DNA of 54,567 nt from Candidatus Bathyarchaeota archaeon (lineage in GTDB: Archaea; Thermoproteota; Bathyarchaeia; RBG-16-48-13; GCA-020355125). The stretch covers positions 1 through 54,567 of the forward strand of contig JAOZHB010000050.1 of assembly GCA_026015035.1 (NCBI GenBank). The letters run 5' to 3'. Shown in pieces: positions 10,774 through 20,668 of this stretch. The position numbers and the translations under genes are program-made. Under the pieces are notes generated by a model. The model ran no database searches. It worked only from the letters and a program-made list of their open reading frames with translations, and was not told where the DNA came from. The first letter of the stretch is position 1. Every line of letters starts with the position of its first letter.

Positions 10774-11051
10774 CGTTCTCCCCGTCCGCGTTCTTTGACG
10801 CTACATTAGGAGGGATTACTCATATAACAGTGATGTGAAGGCCTGCTAGCTCAAGCAACAAAGCTTTTGAAGCGGCGGATGCTACAAAAAACAGGTTGGT
10901 ATGCAGCTTCGTTTAAGGGCGTCGCAAGAGTCTAGTCTGCTGAGTGCCTCAAAATTTATAACGTCTATCACTGTTATAATACTAGTCAGTGTACCTAGAC
11001 GAGGTAAGCAATTATAAGGGTGAAGACAACAGCTTAATAGAGGTGGTATGT

Positions 11052-11273
11052 ATGCCAAAAGGTGGAGATTTACAACTTGCTCCGATGCATCGACTAATTA
11101 AAAGAGGCGGAGCCGAAAGAGTCAGCGAAGGAGCTGCACAGGAACTTAGAAAAGTTTTAGACGAGATAGGGGTAAGGATAGCCAAAGAAGCCCTAGACTT
11201 TACGCGACACGCTCACAGAAAGACGGTTAAAGACGTCGATATTCGCATTGCCGCTACAAAGATTCTCAAATAG
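11052..11273 (+). CDS. Archaeal histone (HMf-like)
   Basis: LAPMHRLIK..AERVS..A..HRKTVK..D histone-fold signature; GAGGTGG RBS. Confidence 0.95.
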   Translation: MPKGGDLQLAPMHRLIKRGGAERVSEGAAQELRKVLDEIGVRIAKEALDFTRHAHRKTVKDVDIRIAATKILK

Positions 11274-11434
11274 AACGTGCCCATCCGTCACGTAGAGTCA
11301 CGATTTTTCTTTGTCCCAATTTCCTCGACTAAGAGTACACTTTTTTTAAGCGTACATAGAGTTGCGAAAAATACTTATATGAGTATGAATTTGTGTTTTT
11401 AACTCAATTACATATTTTAATGGAGGAAAATGAA

Positions 11435-13084
11435 GTGTCTGCTATAGGTAACTTGGGGGGTCAACCCATCCTAATTCTCAGAGAAGGATCCAGCAGAAGA
11501 AAGGGAAAAGAGGCGCAGTACGCCAACATTCAAGCTGCTAAAGTCGTTGCCGAAGTGGTTAAAGCCACGTTAGGCCCTCGAGGAATGGACAAAATGCTCG
11601 TCGACAGCCTAGGAGACCTAACCATAACCAACGATGGACATGAAATCCTTAAGGAGATAGACGTAGAGCACCCCGCTGCCAAGATGATAGTGGAGGTTGC
11701 TGAGACGCAGGACGACGAGGTGGGAGATGGAACCACAACGGCCGTCATCTTAGCTGGAGACCTCCTCAAAAGGGCTCAAGAACTTCTCGACAAAAACATT
11801 CATGCAACAACCCTCGTAGCAGGATACAGAAAGGCTGCTGAAGAAGCCCTTCGGATTCTCAAGTCCGTTGCCGTCGACGTGGACCTCGATGACCGGGAGA
11901 CGCTTGGGAATATAGTTAAAACTTCAATGCGAAGTAAAGTCATCGGCCTCGCCGGAGACCACTTCGCCGACATCGCGATCGATGCAGTGAAGCAGGTGAC
12001 CGAGACGAAGGACGGGGAGATGACCGCTGACAAAGACGACATCCAAGTGATTAAGAAGACAGGAAAAAGCCTTATCGACACCCAGCTCATTCAAGGCATC
12101 GTCGTCGACAAGGAAGTCGTTCACTCGGACATGCCTAAACGCATCGAAGACGCTAAAATCGCCCTCATCGACAGCGCCTTAGAAGTCCAGAAGACGGAAA
12201 TGGACGCGGAAATACGGATAAGGGACCCCGTCCAAATGAAGGCCTTCCTCGACGAAGAATCGCGCATGCTTAAAGAGATGGTTAACAAAATATTGGAATC
12301 TGGAGCCAACGTCGTCCTCTGTCAAAGAGGCATCGACGACGTCGCCCAATACTTCCTCACGAAGGGAGGTGCGTTGGCGGTCAGACGAATAAAGTCGTCG
12401 GACATGGAAAAACTCACCAAGGCCACGGGCGCGAGGTTGATAACAAACCTTGACGACCTCACCGCAAAGGACCTCGGTGAGGCCCGATTGGTCGAAGAAC
12501 GCAAGATCGGGGACGACAAGATGGTCTTCATTGAAGAGTGCAAGAGTCCCAAGGCGGTCTCGATACTGATCCGCGCGGGATTGGAACGGCTGATCGACGA
12601 AGTTGAACGAGCACTCAACGACGCGCTATCCGTGATGGTCGACATCGTGAAACAGAATAAAATTGTCGCCGGAGGCGGCGCCATCGAAGCAGAGCTATCC
12701 AAGCGAATCCGGGACTACGCTGCCACGGTCGGCGGCAGGGAACAACTAGCCATCGAGGCCTTCGCCGACTCCTTAGAGATCATCCCGGTCACCTTGGCCG
12801 AGAACGCGGGATTGGATCCCATAGACATCTTGGTCGCGCTGCGGTCGGCCCACGAAGAAGCCGACGGATTGTGGAAGGGCGTCAACGTCTTCACGGGTAA
12901 AGTGGTTGACATGATGGACGACGCCGTGTTGGACCCCCTCGCCGTCAAGGAACAGGCCATCAAATCGGCTGTCGAAGCCTCCTCAATGATTCTGAGAATC
13001 GACGACGTCATCGCCTCGGCGAAGACTCCACCTCCACCTCCGCAAGGAGGAGGCGGCGGCTACGGTGGAATGCCCCCGTACTAG
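11435..13084 (+). CDS. ths: Thermosome subunit (group II chaperonin)
   Basis: [26 protein letters not shown]; GTG start chosen from GGAGG RBS (ATG 11420 is an alternative). Confidence 0.97.
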   Translation: MSAIGNLGGQPILILREGSSRRKGKEAQYANIQAAKVVAEVVKATLGPRGMDKMLVDSLGDLTITNDGHEILKEIDVEHPAAKMIVEVAETQDDEVGDGTTTAVILAGDLLKRAQELLDKNIHATTLVAGYRKAAEEALRILKSVAVDVDLDDRETLGNIVKTSMRSKVIGLAGDHFADIAIDAVKQVTETKDGEMTADKDDIQVIKKTGKSLIDTQLIQGIVVDKEVVHSDMPKRIEDAKIALIDSALEVQKTEMDAEIRIRDPVQMKAFLDEESRMLKEMVNKILESGANVVLCQRGIDDVAQYFLTKGGALAVRRIKSSDMEKLTKATGARLITNLDDLTAKDLGEARLVEERKIGDDKMVFIEECKSPKAVSILIRAGLERLIDEVERALNDALSVMVDIVKQNKIVAGGGAIEAELSKRIRDYAATVGGREQLAIEAFADSLEIIPVTLAENAGLDPIDILVALRSAHEEADGLWKGVNVFTGKVVDMMDDAVLDPLAVKEQAIKSAVEASSMILRIDDVIASAKTPPPPPQGGGGGYGGMPPY

Positions 13085-13107
13085 GGGCACACACCATCCA
13101 TCCACCC

Positions 13108-13117
13108 TTTTTCTTTT
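13108..13117 (+). terminator. Oligo-T archaeal terminator
   Basis: TTTTTCTTTT about 24 nt after the thermosome stop. Confidence 0.5.
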
Positions 13118-13190
13118 AATCGTTTATAGGTAAGGGTCTTCTGTTTATAGACCTCGAGATTTTCCATAGAACCGGTGAATCGAACGACAA

Positions 13191-13205
13191 GAAGATAATT
13201 ATATT
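13191..13205 (+). promoter_or_regulatory. BRE/TATA promoter of tRNA-Glu
   Basis: Purine run followed by TAATTATAT about 25-30 nt upstream of the tRNA 5' end. Confidence 0.5.
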
Positions 13206-13228
13206 TCCTCACAAATTTAATGTTGAAG

Positions 13229-13321
13229 GCTCCGGTAGTGTAGTCCGGCTAAGCATTCGAGCCTCTCGACACCCGTGGGAGAAAGCTCGTGACCCGGGTT
13301 CGAATCCCGGCCGGAGCACCA
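13229..13321 (+). tRNA. trnE: tRNA-Glu(CTC) with a 15-nt canonical 37/38 intron (13269-13283), CCA encoded
   Basis: GCTCCGG/CCGGAGC acceptor stem, CGAGC/GCTCG anticodon stem, GGTTCGAATCC T-arm; CTCT/GGAG central helix with 3-nt bulges forms a BHB. Confidence 0.95.
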
Positions 13322-13516
13322 TTTTACCAGTAACCAGGTAGAAGCCAACGACTCCGAGTGTGCAGATAGCATACCCCGACACAAGCAATCCTGTCAATCA
13401 CTTTATCTATACTATAGATTGATTCGTATTGTTAAGCCCCTTGTATAAGTCCCTCATAGATTTTGACACCTTGACATTAAGAAATAGTGATGGGCCATGG
13501 AGGGGATGATAGTTAA

Positions 13517-14368
13517 TTAATTCGTTTTCTTTATGACGGCGTCGTCTAGGCTCATTCTCTGGGATTTTATGGGGGCTTCGTCTGGCCACCCGATGATGAG
13601 GTGGCAGCGGGTTATGAAGGTCTCTGGGAGGCCGAAGAGTTCTCGGATCCGCTGTTGCGTCTTCTCGCCGTGGGTAAGCCAGCACGCTCCTAGTCCGAGG
13701 GCGTGGGCCATGAGGCACATGTGGTCGGCGGCGGCTGCCGCGTCATAGTAGATGTTCTGGGGGACGAACTGGTCGAATCTCAAGGTCTTGTATACGCGTA
13801 GGTCTTGGCAGATGAGGATCATGACCCCGTTTTCGATGGGTATGTCGCTTCGGACCAGCCTCCACTCCTCGGGGCTGCGGAGGACGATGAACCTTGTTGA
13901 GGCCACGTTGCATCCTTGGGGAGCCATGAGCCCTGCATGCATGATCTCCCGCAGCATCTCGTCGGGAACCGGCCTATCCGTGAACTGTCGAATGGATCGC
14001 CTCCCGTAGAGTAGCTTCCTCACCGCCTTCATCTCCGTGTTGGAGAAGGGTTCAGGCAATGCGGTCTCGAGCGTTACGGGTATGCTGGCGTTCAACTTCT
14101 CAGCGATCTCGATCATCTTTATGCACCACTGGAGGTCTTGGGTGTCGGTTGGCAGCGTCCTCTCCCTCCACACATCGAGGAGGAGCTTGGCTTGACTGCC
14201 GAAGTTCTTGGGTTTCGCCATCTTCCCCTTGAGAATCCGGTAGAGCTGGACCTCGATGGTGTGGTGGGTCCGCTCGTGGAGGACCGCCCTCAGGGAATCG
14301 ACATCCATCACCAACAAGTCGTTTCTTGCGTACCCATGTATCTTTACAGCCATCCTATCCCACTCCAC
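13517..14368 (-). CDS. Nitroreductase-family protein with N-terminal extension
   Basis: RRSIRQF, AP.GCN, AHALGLGACW. Confidence 0.88.
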   Translation of the reverse strand: MEWDRMAVKIHGYARNDLLVMDVDSLRAVLHERTHHTIEVQLYRILKGKMAKPKNFGSQAKLLLDVWRERTLPTDTQDLQWCIKMIEIAEKLNASIPVTLETALPEPFSNTEMKAVRKLLYGRRSIRQFTDRPVPDEMLREIMHAGLMAPQGCNVASTRFIVLRSPEEWRLVRSDIPIENGVMILICQDLRVYKTLRFDQFVPQNIYYDAAAAADHMCLMAHALGLGACWLTHGEKTQQRIRELFGLPETFITRCHLIIGWPDEAPIKSQRMSLDDAVIKKTN

Positions 14369-14467
14369 TTCCCTTTCAATCCCTTATACTACAATCCTTC
14401 AGGTGTATGGTATCTGAACAAGGAACATATATACCCATTACATACTACCTCTTGGAGGGATCTTAGG

Positions 14468-15031
14468 ATGACTCATGGTAAGGAAGAGATGGTTCCCCTC
14501 AGAGAGGCTGAGAACGAAGTCAAGGTGGTTACCCAGAGGCTGACGCTCCTCCACCTGGCGTATGCTAGGACGCTGGTGGACGAGTTTGGATGGAAGGAGG
14601 GAAAACGCCTCGTGTTGAAGGCCATCAAGGAGTACGGGAAGCGGGTGGCAGATCGGACGAGACGCGGCTTCCAGAGCCTACCCACGTATGGGTTCTGGGA
14701 ACGACGGGAGGGGAAGCCCCAGCTCTGCGAGCTAGGGAAGCTGGTGGTGGAGTATGGGGAGGAGGATATCGGTAGCCTCTACTGCCTCATCGACCCCGCC
14801 AAGACCATGTTCACCGACCCCACGCAGAAACTCATACACACCCGGTGCCTCACCGTAGGCGACGACCGCTGTGAATTCGCTACAGTCCCTACAACGGAGA
14901 GGGATAGGGAGGCCTTCTTCGCCGATGACGAGGACTGGTCCCACGTCGACCCTCGACTGAACGAATTCTACAGCGAAAAGGAAACCACCAGCATGAGAGA
15001 CAAGAGTTCTTTACGTATAGAAGACCAGTAA
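14468..15031 (+). CDS. L-2-aminothiazoline-4-carboxylate hydrolase-like/V4R-like protein
   Basis: LVDEFG..G..AIKEYG, C.L, YC.ID, CLTVGDDRCEF pattern; GGAGGG RBS. Confidence 0.65.
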   Translation: MTHGKEEMVPLREAENEVKVVTQRLTLLHLAYARTLVDEFGWKEGKRLVLKAIKEYGKRVADRTRRGFQSLPTYGFWERREGKPQLCELGKLVVEYGEEDIGSLYCLIDPAKTMFTDPTQKLIHTRCLTVGDDRCEFATVPTTERDREAFFADDEDWSHVDPRLNEFYSEKETTSMRDKSSLRIEDQ

Positions 15032-15290
15032 AAATCGACTCAGGGAAGTCCTGTTCAAAGATAGCTAGCCTAAGAATCTTTCTTCTTATTAGTGCTGAGT
15101 GAAGCTAGCCAGACTCGGTTTCAGACAACGAGTCTCGTGTGCAAATCATGGATTAACTGGGTGTTATAACTAACGTAAATAGTATGATTATTTTCCATCG
15201 AATAGCCTCTTTTATAAATAAAGTAAATCATTTGGCGATTTTGTATCTATTATAAGGATGAAAGGGTTAAATGAGTTGATGGTGGACTAA

Positions 15291-15527
15291 ATGAGCATGA
15301 AGATTGTGGAGCACATAAAATGGGAGTCCCCGCAGATCGAATCTCTAACGGTGTCTCCAAAATGTTTCTTTTGTGAACTATTAACTGAACCCACCGTCCT
15401 TTATCGAGATGACGTTGTGGTGATTCGGGGGTGGAAATGCTCTCGTTGCGACTTCACATTGCCCCACTCCCATGATATCCATAAAGCGTTATCCCTAATA
15501 AACAAACAAGTTTATTCTTCTGCTTAA
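15291..15527 (+). CDS. Small zinc-ribbon protein
   Basis: CFFC...CSRC. Confidence 0.6.
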   Translation: MSMKIVEHIKWESPQIESLTVSPKCFFCELLTEPTVLYRDDVVVIRGWKCSRCDFTLPHSHDIHKALSLINKQVYSSA

Positions 15528-15732
15528 TTCCGCTTTTAAAGAAATCAAGCACTGAAGAGACCACCTCATTTTGTTCTTTGTTTCCCCTGAACCTCGTAGT
15601 TAGCACGTCGCTCATGTGGTATTGGGCGTAAATACTATAAGTATTTATATCCGTGTTATACTTATAAATAGGTACGAGAGTGTGATAACTATATACTGCC
15701 ATCAATTAAATCCATTGCTTAGGTGATTTAAC

Positions 15733-16839
15733 TTGGAACCACGAAAAATTCAACGAGTGGGCACATCAACTTTAGCTGTATCCCTACCAAGCGATTGGGT
15801 AAAAAATACGGGATTAAAGAAAGGCGACCTCATATATTTCGAACAAGGCGAGGAAGGCTCATTAAAACTTGTTACGAATACCAGTACTAAACAGGAGAAA
15901 TCTATTGAGGCCATCGAGGTATACGCGGACCTGTGCAATAACCCAATGATGCTTTCAAGAATTTTAGTAGGAAACTACGTTCTGGGTCGTGATGTGATCA
16001 AAGTTGTGTCAAAAAACCGCTTAACAAGGGAGTATGTAGATGCCATCAGATCCACGTTACGAGGCTTGATGGGCATGGCAATCATGGAAGAAGCTCCCAA
16101 CCACGTCGTGCTTCAAAGTTCAATCGATGTCACCCAATTCCCCATTCATACTCTATTACGACGCCTTTACATCATAGCCTCCACGATGTACAACGAAGCC
16201 GTGGGTTCCTTCTTTGATTCCAACCTCATTTTGGCAAGAGATACTATTAGCCGACGAAACGAAGCCGATACCATGTTTTGGGTAATCGTTCGACTGCTAG
16301 ATGCTGCTCAAAGAGATAAAGTAACGGCCACCAAAATTAATATTCAAGACTCAATGAATGTGTTATGGTTCCGGGTTGTGGCGCATTGTTTATGGAGAAT
16401 GGCGAATTGGTCAGAAAAAATCGCAAATAAAGCAATCGCCTTAGAAGACAATCGCAAACTAATAGGCGACCTTTTACTACGCGAGGTTCGCAGAATCAGC
16501 GATGAAGCAGTCAGCATCTCCCACAAAGCTATGAACAGCTTATTCTCAAATGACATCGAACTTGCGACTAAGACAATCCAGGAATATGAAACAATCCAAA
16601 AAGATGAAGAAGCGTTACAAGAGAAGATATGCAGCCACGCGTATTTACGAGGAAAGTCCTTTTCCGTTACCAAGTTTTTTAAAGGTACAATGCCCATTGA
16701 GCCTTGTGTCATAGCTCAACTTAGTTTTATCCTTTGGTCCATTAGACGGATGGCTGAACTGGGATCAGAAATAGCGGACATAGCGATCACAAAAGCCCTA
16801 AGCAAACAAACGAAGATCTGCAACATAACTAGTGAATGA
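15733..16839 (+). CDS. AbrB/SpoVT-PhoU domain transcriptional regulator
   Basis: RKIQRVG.ST..VSLP..W N-terminus followed by PhoU helical repeats. Confidence 0.88.
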   Translation: MEPRKIQRVGTSTLAVSLPSDWVKNTGLKKGDLIYFEQGEEGSLKLVTNTSTKQEKSIEAIEVYADLCNNPMMLSRILVGNYVLGRDVIKVVSKNRLTREYVDAIRSTLRGLMGMAIMEEAPNHVVLQSSIDVTQFPIHTLLRRLYIIASTMYNEAVGSFFDSNLILARDTISRRNEADTMFWVIVRLLDAAQRDKVTATKINIQDSMNVLWFRVVAHCLWRMANWSEKIANKAIALEDNRKLIGDLLLREVRRISDEAVSISHKAMNSLFSNDIELATKTIQEYETIQKDEEALQEKICSHAYLRGKSFSVTKFFKGTMPIEPCVIAQLSFILWSIRRMAELGSEIADIAITKALSKQTKICNITSE

Positions 16840-17107
16840 TATAATTCAAGTATGCTGCTGACAGCAGTATAGAGTTTTAATGGTTTCATTAGCTAACTAG
16901 ATTTGTAAGAAAGCGAAGCCGCACCTTACTTCTCGCCATTCTCATGTGTGGCTAGCGGATTTTTATTAAGGCTACGTATAAAACCACAGTAATTATAATA
17001 TTTACTTTATTAATAATTATATATACAGATATACTATAAGCACTGAATGTTTATATTGTATTTACATACTATGTATTTCTTGAATAAAAATGGAAGGAGG
17101 GAAAAAA

Positions 17108-17626
17108 ATGGGCCTTGAATTAAAGAACACTGCTTTACAGCAAAGGGTAAACTGCATGGGCAAGCAGATCTGCGTGAATACCGATCGATTCTATACACGG
17201 AATCATCTGTGGGTCAAAGTTACGCCTGAAGGAAACTTGAAGATAGGGATAACAGATTATGCTCAACAATTCCTGAAAAAGAAGGCGGCGTTAGTGGAAT
17301 TCATGAAGAACCCCACAGTACGTGACAGCATTGAGGAAGACGAAGTCTTTTGCACAGTCTATGGCGAAATGTATCCGGACCCCGAAACGTTGAAAGCCGA
17401 GTGCATGGCCTTCGATGTGATTTCTCCCATAGCGGGGAGGATACTTGAAGTCAATGAATCCGTCCTAGACAAACCCCACCTCGCAAACACGTGTTGCTAT
17501 GACGAGGGCTGGATTGCCATCATTAAACCTACGGAAGACTGGACGATATCTGACACCCTCGTCCGACCAGAACGATACGTAAAACTGTTAACGAAGGCTG
17601 GGAAGAGCCCGCTAAGGGTTCTCTAA
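17108..17626 (+). CDS. GcvH-fold (lipoyl-domain-like) protein with an atypical lipoylation loop
   Basis: YTRNHLWV, IGITDYAQ, SPIAG.I.EVN, EGWI; canonical ESVK absent. Confidence 0.85.
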   Translation: MGLELKNTALQQRVNCMGKQICVNTDRFYTRNHLWVKVTPEGNLKIGITDYAQQFLKKKAALVEFMKNPTVRDSIEEDEVFCTVYGEMYPDPETLKAECMAFDVISPIAGRILEVNESVLDKPHLANTCCYDEGWIAIIKPTEDWTISDTLVRPERYVKLLTKAGKSPLRVL

Positions 17627-17681
17627 CCCTCAAATTCAGCTAGCTAGCTTGATAAGAACAGCATCAACAAAGGGATGAAAT

Positions 17682-17915
17682 ATGACCCAATTTGAAAATC
17701 CAGTAAACTGCAAGAAATGTGGGAATCCGATGGAATTTATCCACGGCGACATCAACTCGTGTGCACTATACTACTGCGAGACGTGTAACCTTGTCTATCG
17801 GTACTGTGCTGAATACGAATCCCTCGAGCAGGTCTGTCCGTGTCCCCCAAAGCCACAAAAGAGGTTATCGGAACTGAAGACGATAAACGCGAAACCCGCG
17901 CGCGTTAGCTATTAA
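17682..17915 (+). CDS. Small Cys-rich zinc-ribbon protein
   Basis: CKKC, CETC and further Cys. Confidence 0.65.
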   Translation: MTQFENPVNCKKCGNPMEFIHGDINSCALYYCETCNLVYRYCAEYESLEQVCPCPPKPQKRLSELKTINAKPARVSY

Positions 17916-17938
17916 GAGGCTTCTGGGGTCTGAGAGAT

Positions 17939-18397
17939 ATGAAGAATCCGATTAAGGCACTTCAAGACGCACAGAACGCGCATGGCTACCTATCTACAGT
18001 GACCTTGCAATCCATATCAAAGAACCTTAATCTCCCCTTGAGCAAAGTCTATGGGATCGCCACTTTTTACCATCAATTTCGCCTGCAACCTGTCGGCGAA
18101 TACGTGATATACATCTGTAAAGGAACGGCATGCCACACCGAAGGAAAGGAAACCATCATCCAATACTTACGGGAGTTTCTGGGCTTAAAAGAGGGAGAAA
18201 CCACCACGGACGACGGAATATTCACCATTGAATATGCCCGATGCTTTGGGTGCTGCAGCTTAGCACCCGTGATTATGGTTGCTGACAGACGCGGGTTCAG
18301 CAGTCAAATTTTTGGGAATTTAACGCCTGCAACGATAACAACGATCATTAACGACTATAAAACCGAGTATCTCTCCATCCCGGTGGGGGTGCTCTAG
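17939..18397 (+). CDS. NuoE/HydC-like [2Fe-2S] subunit
   Basis: VYGIATFY, C.GTAC, CFGCCSLAP. Confidence 0.92.
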   Translation: MKNPIKALQDAQNAHGYLSTVTLQSISKNLNLPLSKVYGIATFYHQFRLQPVGEYVIYICKGTACHTEGKETIIQYLREFLGLKEGETTTDDGIFTIEYARCFGCCSLAPVIMVADRRGFSSQIFGNLTPATITTIINDYKTEYLSIPVGVL

Positions 18398-20197
18398 TTG
18401 GCTACCAAACATTGGCTTACCGTCAAGGTCCCCTTAGCCAGTTGCACCATCGCATCGGGCGCGGAAGAAATCCTCAACGAAGTGTCAAAGCAAGAGCAAA
18501 TTGACGTGAAGACCGTCGGGTGTATGGGCCTCGACTTCATCGATCCATGGATTGAACTAGAAGCAGACCCGTATCCACCCGCCATCTATGCAAACGTCAA
18601 GGCGGAAAACGTTGAACGCATCATAAACGACTACGTATCGAGAAACCTGTCCTCCGCCTATGCGTTACGGTATCGAACGAAGCAGCCTCAAGGCCAGAAA
18701 AAGATACCCGTGTTAAACGAATTGGATGCATGGAAGCACCAAACGAAGTGGGTCACCCGTAACTGTGGCATCGTCAACCCCGAATCGATAGAAGATTACG
18801 TGGCTCACGGAGGATATCAGGGTCTTCAGCGAAGCCTCAGTATGACGCCGGAGGACGTTATCAAGGAATTGAAGCAGGCGGGTCTCAGAGGTAGAGGTGG
18901 AGCAGGATTCCCAACCTGGTTGAAATGGAACATCTGTCGAGAGCAAGGTGATACACCGAAATACGTCATCGCCAACTGCGACGAAGGCGATCCAGGCGCA
19001 TTCATGAACCGATTGCTCGCTGAGTCCGATCCGCACAGGATCGTGGAAGGCTTGATGATCTCTGGATACACGATAGGCGCAGAGCAGGGCTTCATCTTCG
19101 TGCGAGCAGAGAAGCCGTTAGCCGCGAAAAGGCTGGAAAAGGCTGTTCACGATGCAAGGACAGCAGGGTACCTCGGTGACCACATTGTAGGTAGCAACTT
19201 CAACTTCGACGTCGAAGTGTTCCTGAGTGCAGGGGCATTCGTCTGCGGTGAAGAAACCGCGATGATCGCATCGATGGAGGGGGGGCGAGCACATCCCCGG
19301 CAGCGACCGCCATACCCTGCAACGAAGGGGTTATGGGATAAGCCAACCACGATCAACAACGTGGAGACCTTGGCCCACGTGGCAACGATCTTGACGGAGG
19401 GCAGTGAGAACTTTCCCGACGGAACCGCAAAGACGCCTGGGACCAAAGTGTACTGCGTCACCGGATCCGTGAAACGGACAGGGGCCTTCGAGGTTGCAGT
19501 AGGCACTTCAATCCGAAAACTGGTGTACGAGATCGCGGGCGGCCCTCCAGAAGGCAGGGACGTCAAAGCGTTTCAAATTGGTGGACCCAGTGGCGGCTGC
19601 ATCCCCGCGTCCATGGCCAATCTTTCCCTCGATTATGAGACGCTGCAAGCGGTAGGCGCCATTATGGGGTCCGGTGGAATCGTGGTAATCGACGACACCA
19701 ACTGCATGGTTGACATCGCGCGGTTCTTCGTCTCCTTCACGAAGGCTGAAAGCTGTGGAAAATGTTTGACTGGACGAGTTGGAACGAGGATCATGGCGGA
19801 AACGTTGGACAAGATCGTCCAGGGGAAGGGAGCCCCATCGGATTTAGACAACTTAGCGACCGTGTGTGACAGTATGACGAAGGCCAGTCTCTGTGCGTTA
19901 GGTCGAACCGCGCCCAACCCCGTGTTGACCACCCTCAAATACTTTCGCGACGAATACCAGGCCCACATTCAGGAGATGACATGTCCAAGCCTGGTCTGTA
20001 ATCCACTGATTACGTATCGCATAGAGCCCACCACATGTATTGGCTGTACGTTATGCGCACGAAATTGTCCAGCCCACGCGATCACGGGTGAAGTAAAGGG
20101 CGTCCACGTCATTGACCAGGACAAATGTGTAAAATGCGGGACATGCATTGAGGCTTGCCCGCAAAAAGCCATCAGTAAACATACGGGAGGAGAATAA
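18398..20197 (+). CDS. NuoF/HydB-like FMN/NADH-binding subunit with C-terminal 2x[4Fe-4S] domain
   Basis: GRGGAGFP, NCDEGDPGAFM, AFVCGEETA, GGPSGG, CIGCTLC/CVKCGTC. Confidence 0.95.
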   Translation: MATKHWLTVKVPLASCTIASGAEEILNEVSKQEQIDVKTVGCMGLDFIDPWIELEADPYPPAIYANVKAENVERIINDYVSRNLSSAYALRYRTKQPQGQKKIPVLNELDAWKHQTKWVTRNCGIVNPESIEDYVAHGGYQGLQRSLSMTPEDVIKELKQAGLRGRGGAGFPTWLKWNICREQGDTPKYVIANCDEGDPGAFMNRLLAESDPHRIVEGLMISGYTIGAEQGFIFVRAEKPLAAKRLEKAVHDARTAGYLGDHIVGSNFNFDVEVFLSAGAFVCGEETAMIASMEGGRAHPRQRPPYPATKGLWDKPTTINNVETLAHVATILTEGSENFPDGTAKTPGTKVYCVTGSVKRTGAFEVAVGTSIRKLVYEIAGGPPEGRDVKAFQIGGPSGGCIPASMANLSLDYETLQAVGAIMGSGGIVVIDDTNCMVDIARFFVSFTKAESCGKCLTGRVGTRIMAETLDKIVQGKGAPSDLDNLATVCDSMTKASLCALGRTAPNPVLTTLKYFRDEYQAHIQEMTCPSLVCNPLITYRIEPTTCIGCTLCARNCPAHAITGEVKGVHVIDQDKCVKCGTCIEACPQKAISKHTGGE

Positions 20198-20198
20198 C

Positions 20199-20666
20199 AT
20201 GATGTATTCCAAAATGATACCCTACAAAGAAATTACCACGCAGCTCGATCGAGAGGATACGATTGCGGTGATAAGCTGTAACACCTGTGCCAGGGAATGT
20301 GGTTTGGGAGGCGTATCTAAGGCTGACGAGCTGGTTGAAAGACTGGTGCGAGACGGCTATGATGTCACGGAGGAAATTGTGCTGCAGGACGCCTGCTCAG
20401 AGCCCGTGTATCGAAAAGCACGAATACGGCTAGAAGCGGACGCCGTCATTGTTCTCGCGTGTAGTGCCGGAATCAGCTGCGTAAAACGATTGTATCCGAA
20501 GAAGAAGGTGTTAACCGTGACGGAGGACGTGGGGCTCTTCGTCACCGATACAGAATTAGAAGTATTCAAGGTTGCACTACCGTTTGCAGGCTTCGAAGAA
20601 GGAGCCGAATACGCGATGTCCACGGGAGCCCCACTACATAAACAAAAGATCAGGTTGGTGAATTAA
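20199..20666 (+). CDS. Stand-alone MetV N-terminal-like Cys domain protein
   Basis: SCNTCARECGLGG...AC...VLACSAG matches the N-terminal half of the MetV at 24901-25650; GGAGG RBS. Confidence 0.7.
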   Translation: MMYSKMIPYKEITTQLDREDTIAVISCNTCARECGLGGVSKADELVERLVRDGYDVTEEIVLQDACSEPVYRKARIRLEADAVIVLACSAGISCVKRLYPKKKVLTVTEDVGLFVTDTELEVFKVALPFAGFEEGAEYAMSTGAPLHKQKIRLVN

Positions 20667-20668
20667 CA

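Noticed and set aside
11530-13011. Many antisense ORFs within the thermosome and other GC-rich genes
   Set aside because: Shadow ORFs caused by codon bias of the real genes
14138-14467. N-terminal extension of ORF 14138-15031
   Set aside because: Overlaps the divergent nitroreductase; an RBS supports ATG 14468
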